Virus record (IMG/VR): IMGVR_UViG_2859799533_000007
DNA from: a virus
Lineage: Duplodnaviria > Heunggongvirae > Uroviricota > Caudoviricetes
Direction: 5' to 3' (one strand)
DNA: 23,282 nt
Shown here: positions 20,398 through 23,282 of the stretch, piece after piece
How positions within the stretch are numbered: the first letter of the stretch is position 1
Layout of the letters: each line of letters starts with the position of its first letter
Notes under the pieces: model-generated
Seen by the model: only the letters and a program-made list of their open reading frames with translations
Databases searched by the model: none
What the model was told of the DNA's origin: nothing
Position numbers and translations under genes: made by a program

Positions 20398-20679
20398 TTA
20401 CCGCCGCAATCGTTCCGGCTTCTTCCACTGGTAAGTATTTTTCGCGCTCTCCCTCCGTTGTTGAGAACGGCGACGATATGCCAGCAACTCAAGGACTCTT
20501 GTTCGTATGTTGCGCATATCCACGCCGTTAAGCTCAATACCGTCACGGCGCATCACCTCAGCCACTACACGCACATAATTATCTGCGGTCACGCTGTCCG
20601 GCTGCGTGGCCTGTTCGTCATGCTGCTTGCTGATTCCACAAGCACGGCGGATTAATCGCAGTATTTCGGATTCAGTCAT
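20398..20679 (-). CDS. Hypothetical small basic protein (93 aa)
   Basis: ATG-initiated ORF with coherent charged composition (MTESEILRLIRRACGISKQHDEQ…); weak RBS; I do not recognise a homologue. Confidence 0.4.
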   Translation of the reverse strand: MTESEILRLIRRACGISKQHDEQATQPDSVTADNYVRVVAEVMRRDGIELNGVDMRNIRTRVLELLAYRRRSQQRRESAKNTYQWKKPERLRR

Positions 20680-20803
20680 AGCGTACTACGTTACTTATCT
20701 TTATTCGGCTGCAACTTATCCGGTACGTTTCCGGCAGTTTCCATCAGATAATCGGACAGCTGAGGTGTACTGGCAATAGCGGACACTACCATTTGTTCTT
20801 TTT

Positions 20804-21622
20804 TTAAGCAGCCATCTGATGATATTTTTCCCTGAAGGCTGCCGGGGAGATATTCCCCAGACGAGAGTGACGACGCTGACGATTGTAGAAAATCTCAATG
20901 TATTCCCGTATTACTGAGATGGCTTCATCCCGGTTATTAAAACGATAGTGGCTCAGGCTCTCATTTTTCAGCGTTCCCCAGAAGCTTTCCATCGGAGCGT
21001 TGTCGTAACACTGACCTTTACGCGACATTGATGTTTTCAGACCAGACTGCTCCTGTATGACCCGGTAATCGTATGCGCAGTACTGTGAACCTCGATCAGA
21101 GTGGTGGATTAGCCCGGCAGGTGGGCGCTGGCTCCTGAGCGCCATAAACAGGGCTTTACCTGTCAGCTCTTTTGTCATGCGCTCTCCCATGGCGTAGCCG
21201 ACAATTTCGCACGTATAAACATCTTTGATGCCAGCGAGGTACAACCATCCCTCCTGTGTGGCAACATACGTCAGGTACGCCACCCAGACCTGATTTGGTG
21301 CTGTAGGAGCGAACGTCTGGTTCAGCAGATTTGGCGCAACTGGCAGATTGTGGTTCGGGTTCGTAGTCGCTCTGAACTTGCGTTTCTGCTTACAGCGTAG
21401 CCTTAGCTCCTTACGAAGACGTGCCAGTCGGTCACGACCAACGATGATGCCATTCTCTGCCAGCTCCGTCTGGAGCCGCCGGGTTCCATATGTTTCGCGA
21501 GTGCGGATATGTGCCACCTTAATCTCCAGTTTTAGCCGCTCATCACTTTGTTTTCTGTCTGAGGGTTCATGCTGTACCCAGTTGTAATAACCGCTCCTGG
21601 ATACACCAAATACCTGACACAT
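20804..21622 (-). CDS. IS3-family transposase OrfB (DDE domain)
   Basis: 272-aa ORF …HHSDRGSQYCAYDYRVIQEQSGLKTSMSRKGQCYDNAPMESFWGTLKNE…; the frame is open upstream toward the frameshift window. Confidence 0.9.
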   Translation of the reverse strand: MCQVFGVSRSGYYNWVQHEPSDRKQSDERLKLEIKVAHIRTRETYGTRRLQTELAENGIIVGRDRLARLRKELRLRCKQKRKFRATTNPNHNLPVAPNLLNQTFAPTAPNQVWVAYLTYVATQEGWLYLAGIKDVYTCEIVGYAMGERMTKELTGKALFMALRSQRPPAGLIHHSDRGSQYCAYDYRVIQEQSGLKTSMSRKGQCYDNAPMESFWGTLKNESLSHYRFNNRDEAISVIREYIEIFYNRQRRHSRLGNISPAAFREKYHQMAA

Positions 21623-21657
21623 CGCTTCAATGGGAAATTGTTGTCGCCATTGTTCGA

Positions 21658-21960
21658 TTAACGCGTATTTTTCAGCGACTCCTGTGCAAAATACGCTGTT
21701 GCTTTTTTTAATATATCTCGCTCAAGGCGAGCTTCATTTAACGCCTTACGCAGTTGCAGAATTTCAGATTCCAGTTCAGCCACCGTGCGGGAACCAGGAG
21801 TACCGAGCCCTTTTCTGGCGGCGGTAACCCATTGTCCTAAAGTGCCTTCAGGAAGGGATAATCGGGAAGCGCCTTCACTGATCGAAAGTTGATTTTCAAG
21901 AACCGTTCTGACAGCTTCGGCTTTGAACTCTTTAGAGTAACGTTGGTTTTTTCTGCTCAT
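21658..21960 (-). CDS. IS3-family transposase OrfA (helix-turn-helix plus leucine zipper)
   Basis: 100-aa ORF MSRKNQRYSKEFKAEAVRTVLENQLSISEGASRLSLPEGTLGQWV…; an A7G slippery run (plus-strand T7 at 21703-21709) sits near its 3' end. Confidence 0.9.
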   Translation of the reverse strand: MSRKNQRYSKEFKAEAVRTVLENQLSISEGASRLSLPEGTLGQWVTAARKGLGTPGSRTVAELESEILQLRKALNEARLERDILKKATAYFAQESLKNTR

Positions 21961-22115
21961 TATTAGCTCCTTCTGATGCCATTCTATTTCAGGAAGGAGT
22001 GTCCGTTAAACTCAGGCTACCTCAATCAGCGCCAGTCAGTCAGCCGGAGCAAAAACAGAAGCCCCACTCATTCCGGAACAACCTTCTTAATAACCCATTT
22101 CAACGAGAAAATCCT

Positions 22116-22385
22116 ATGTCAGAAATAAAATCGCTGGTCACTGCTGAGGCAGTGAAGGAAGTCCTGCGCTCTGAAGAAGTCCGGAGCGCACTGAAACAGC
22201 AACTTCGGCAGAACCTTGAGGCGCGTCTTGATGCAGAAGTGGATTCAATTCTGGATGAACTGCTGGGCGCACCGACTGTTCCGGAGCCGGAAGGCATTGC
22301 GGATGACAGTGCTGTTTCAGATGGCGTCGGGTCTCAGCCTGACGGTAGTGAAGGGCCTCAGCCTGACGGCGAAATGATGATGTAA
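22116..22385 (+). CDS. Hypothetical acidic protein (89 aa) upstream of the holin
   Basis: ATG at 22116 within the longer track ORF; MSEIKSLVTAEAVKEVLRSEEVRSALKQQLRQNLEARLD… with an acidic C-terminus; weak RBS. Confidence 0.45.
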   Translation: MSEIKSLVTAEAVKEVLRSEEVRSALKQQLRQNLEARLDAEVDSILDELLGAPTVPEPEGIADDSAVSDGVGSQPDGSEGPQPDGEMMM

Positions 22386-22460
22386 CCATGCGCAGGGGGT
22401 GTCGGTGTGAGCTGATGCCCCACTTGTTGTTGTGAGCTTCCGGATTGCGGGAGACGGGGT

Positions 22461-22620
22461 ATGTACCAGATGGAAAAAATCACAACAGGTGTGTCATACA
22501 CCCGTCAGCGGTGGGAACGGGCTACTGGTTCCTGCAGTTGCTGGACAGGGTTTCCCCGTCTCAGTGGGCGGCAATAGGCGTACTGGGGAGTCTGCTGTTT
22601 GGGCTGCTGACATATCTGAC
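22461..22620 (+). pseudogene. Class II holin (phage 21 / Stx-phage S-type), frameshifted and cut by an IS element
   Basis: [14 protein letters not shown] in one frame continues as [39 protein letters not shown] in another; the shift is at the C3 run 22501-22503. The dual-start MYQM motif and transmembrane core are typical; the C-terminus is replaced by IS sequence from 22621. Confidence 0.75.

Positions 22621-23282
<662 letters not shown>

Larger units (their letters stand above)
20761..22024 (-). mobile_element. IS600-like IS3-family insertion sequence, complete (1264 bp)
   Basis: Ends TGAGGTGTACTGGCAATAGCGGACAC (20761) and the reverse complement of TGAGGTAGCCTGAGTTTAACGGACAC (22024); contains orfA and orfB. 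No clean 3-bp target duplication seen. Confidence 0.85.

Noticed and set aside
20005-20655. ORFs overlapping the repeat array (91-aa minus, 139-aa and 86-aa plus)
   Set aside because: They span the hairpin repeats and have biased junk-like composition.
22025-22460. Shiga toxin genes between IS600 and the holin
   Set aside because: Only ~440 bp are available and the single ORF there is an 89-aa acidic protein with no resemblance to StxA or StxB; any toxin link is contextual only.

Overview
This window is an IS-scrambled remnant of a lambda-like prophage sitting next to the 3' end of a yecD-like gene. A complete IS1 (386-1153) abuts the prophage and truncates the side tail fibre gene. The tail and head structural module then runs on the minus strand in lambda gene order (stf, lom, J, I, K, L, M, H, T, G, V, U, Z, FII, FI, E, D, C/Nu3, B), ending abruptly inside the portal gene near 19600. 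Terminase, lysis, regulatory and integration genes are missing from this side. Beyond the portal stump lies about 1.1 kb of unrelated, repeat- and palindrome-rich DNA with one small ORF, then a complete IS600-like element (20761-22024), then a plus-strand late/lysis fragment (a small ORF and a phage-21/Stx-phage-type holin) cut by an IS911-like element running off the window. Several structural genes are disrupted: H has an in-frame TGA plus two frameshifts, C and B each have one frameshift, and the holin has one; all five frameshifts read as single-base losses in short G/C runs. The most interesting unexplained signals are a 3 x 54-bp tandem repeat with covarying hairpins (20026-20187), a promoter-plus-terminator unit with no convincing ORF in an enlarged I-J gap (7497-7628), and G/T reading frames that do not fit a simple -1 shift at the GGGAAAG heptamer. 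Protein identifications rest on recalled similarity to lambda and IS proteins; no database search was run.
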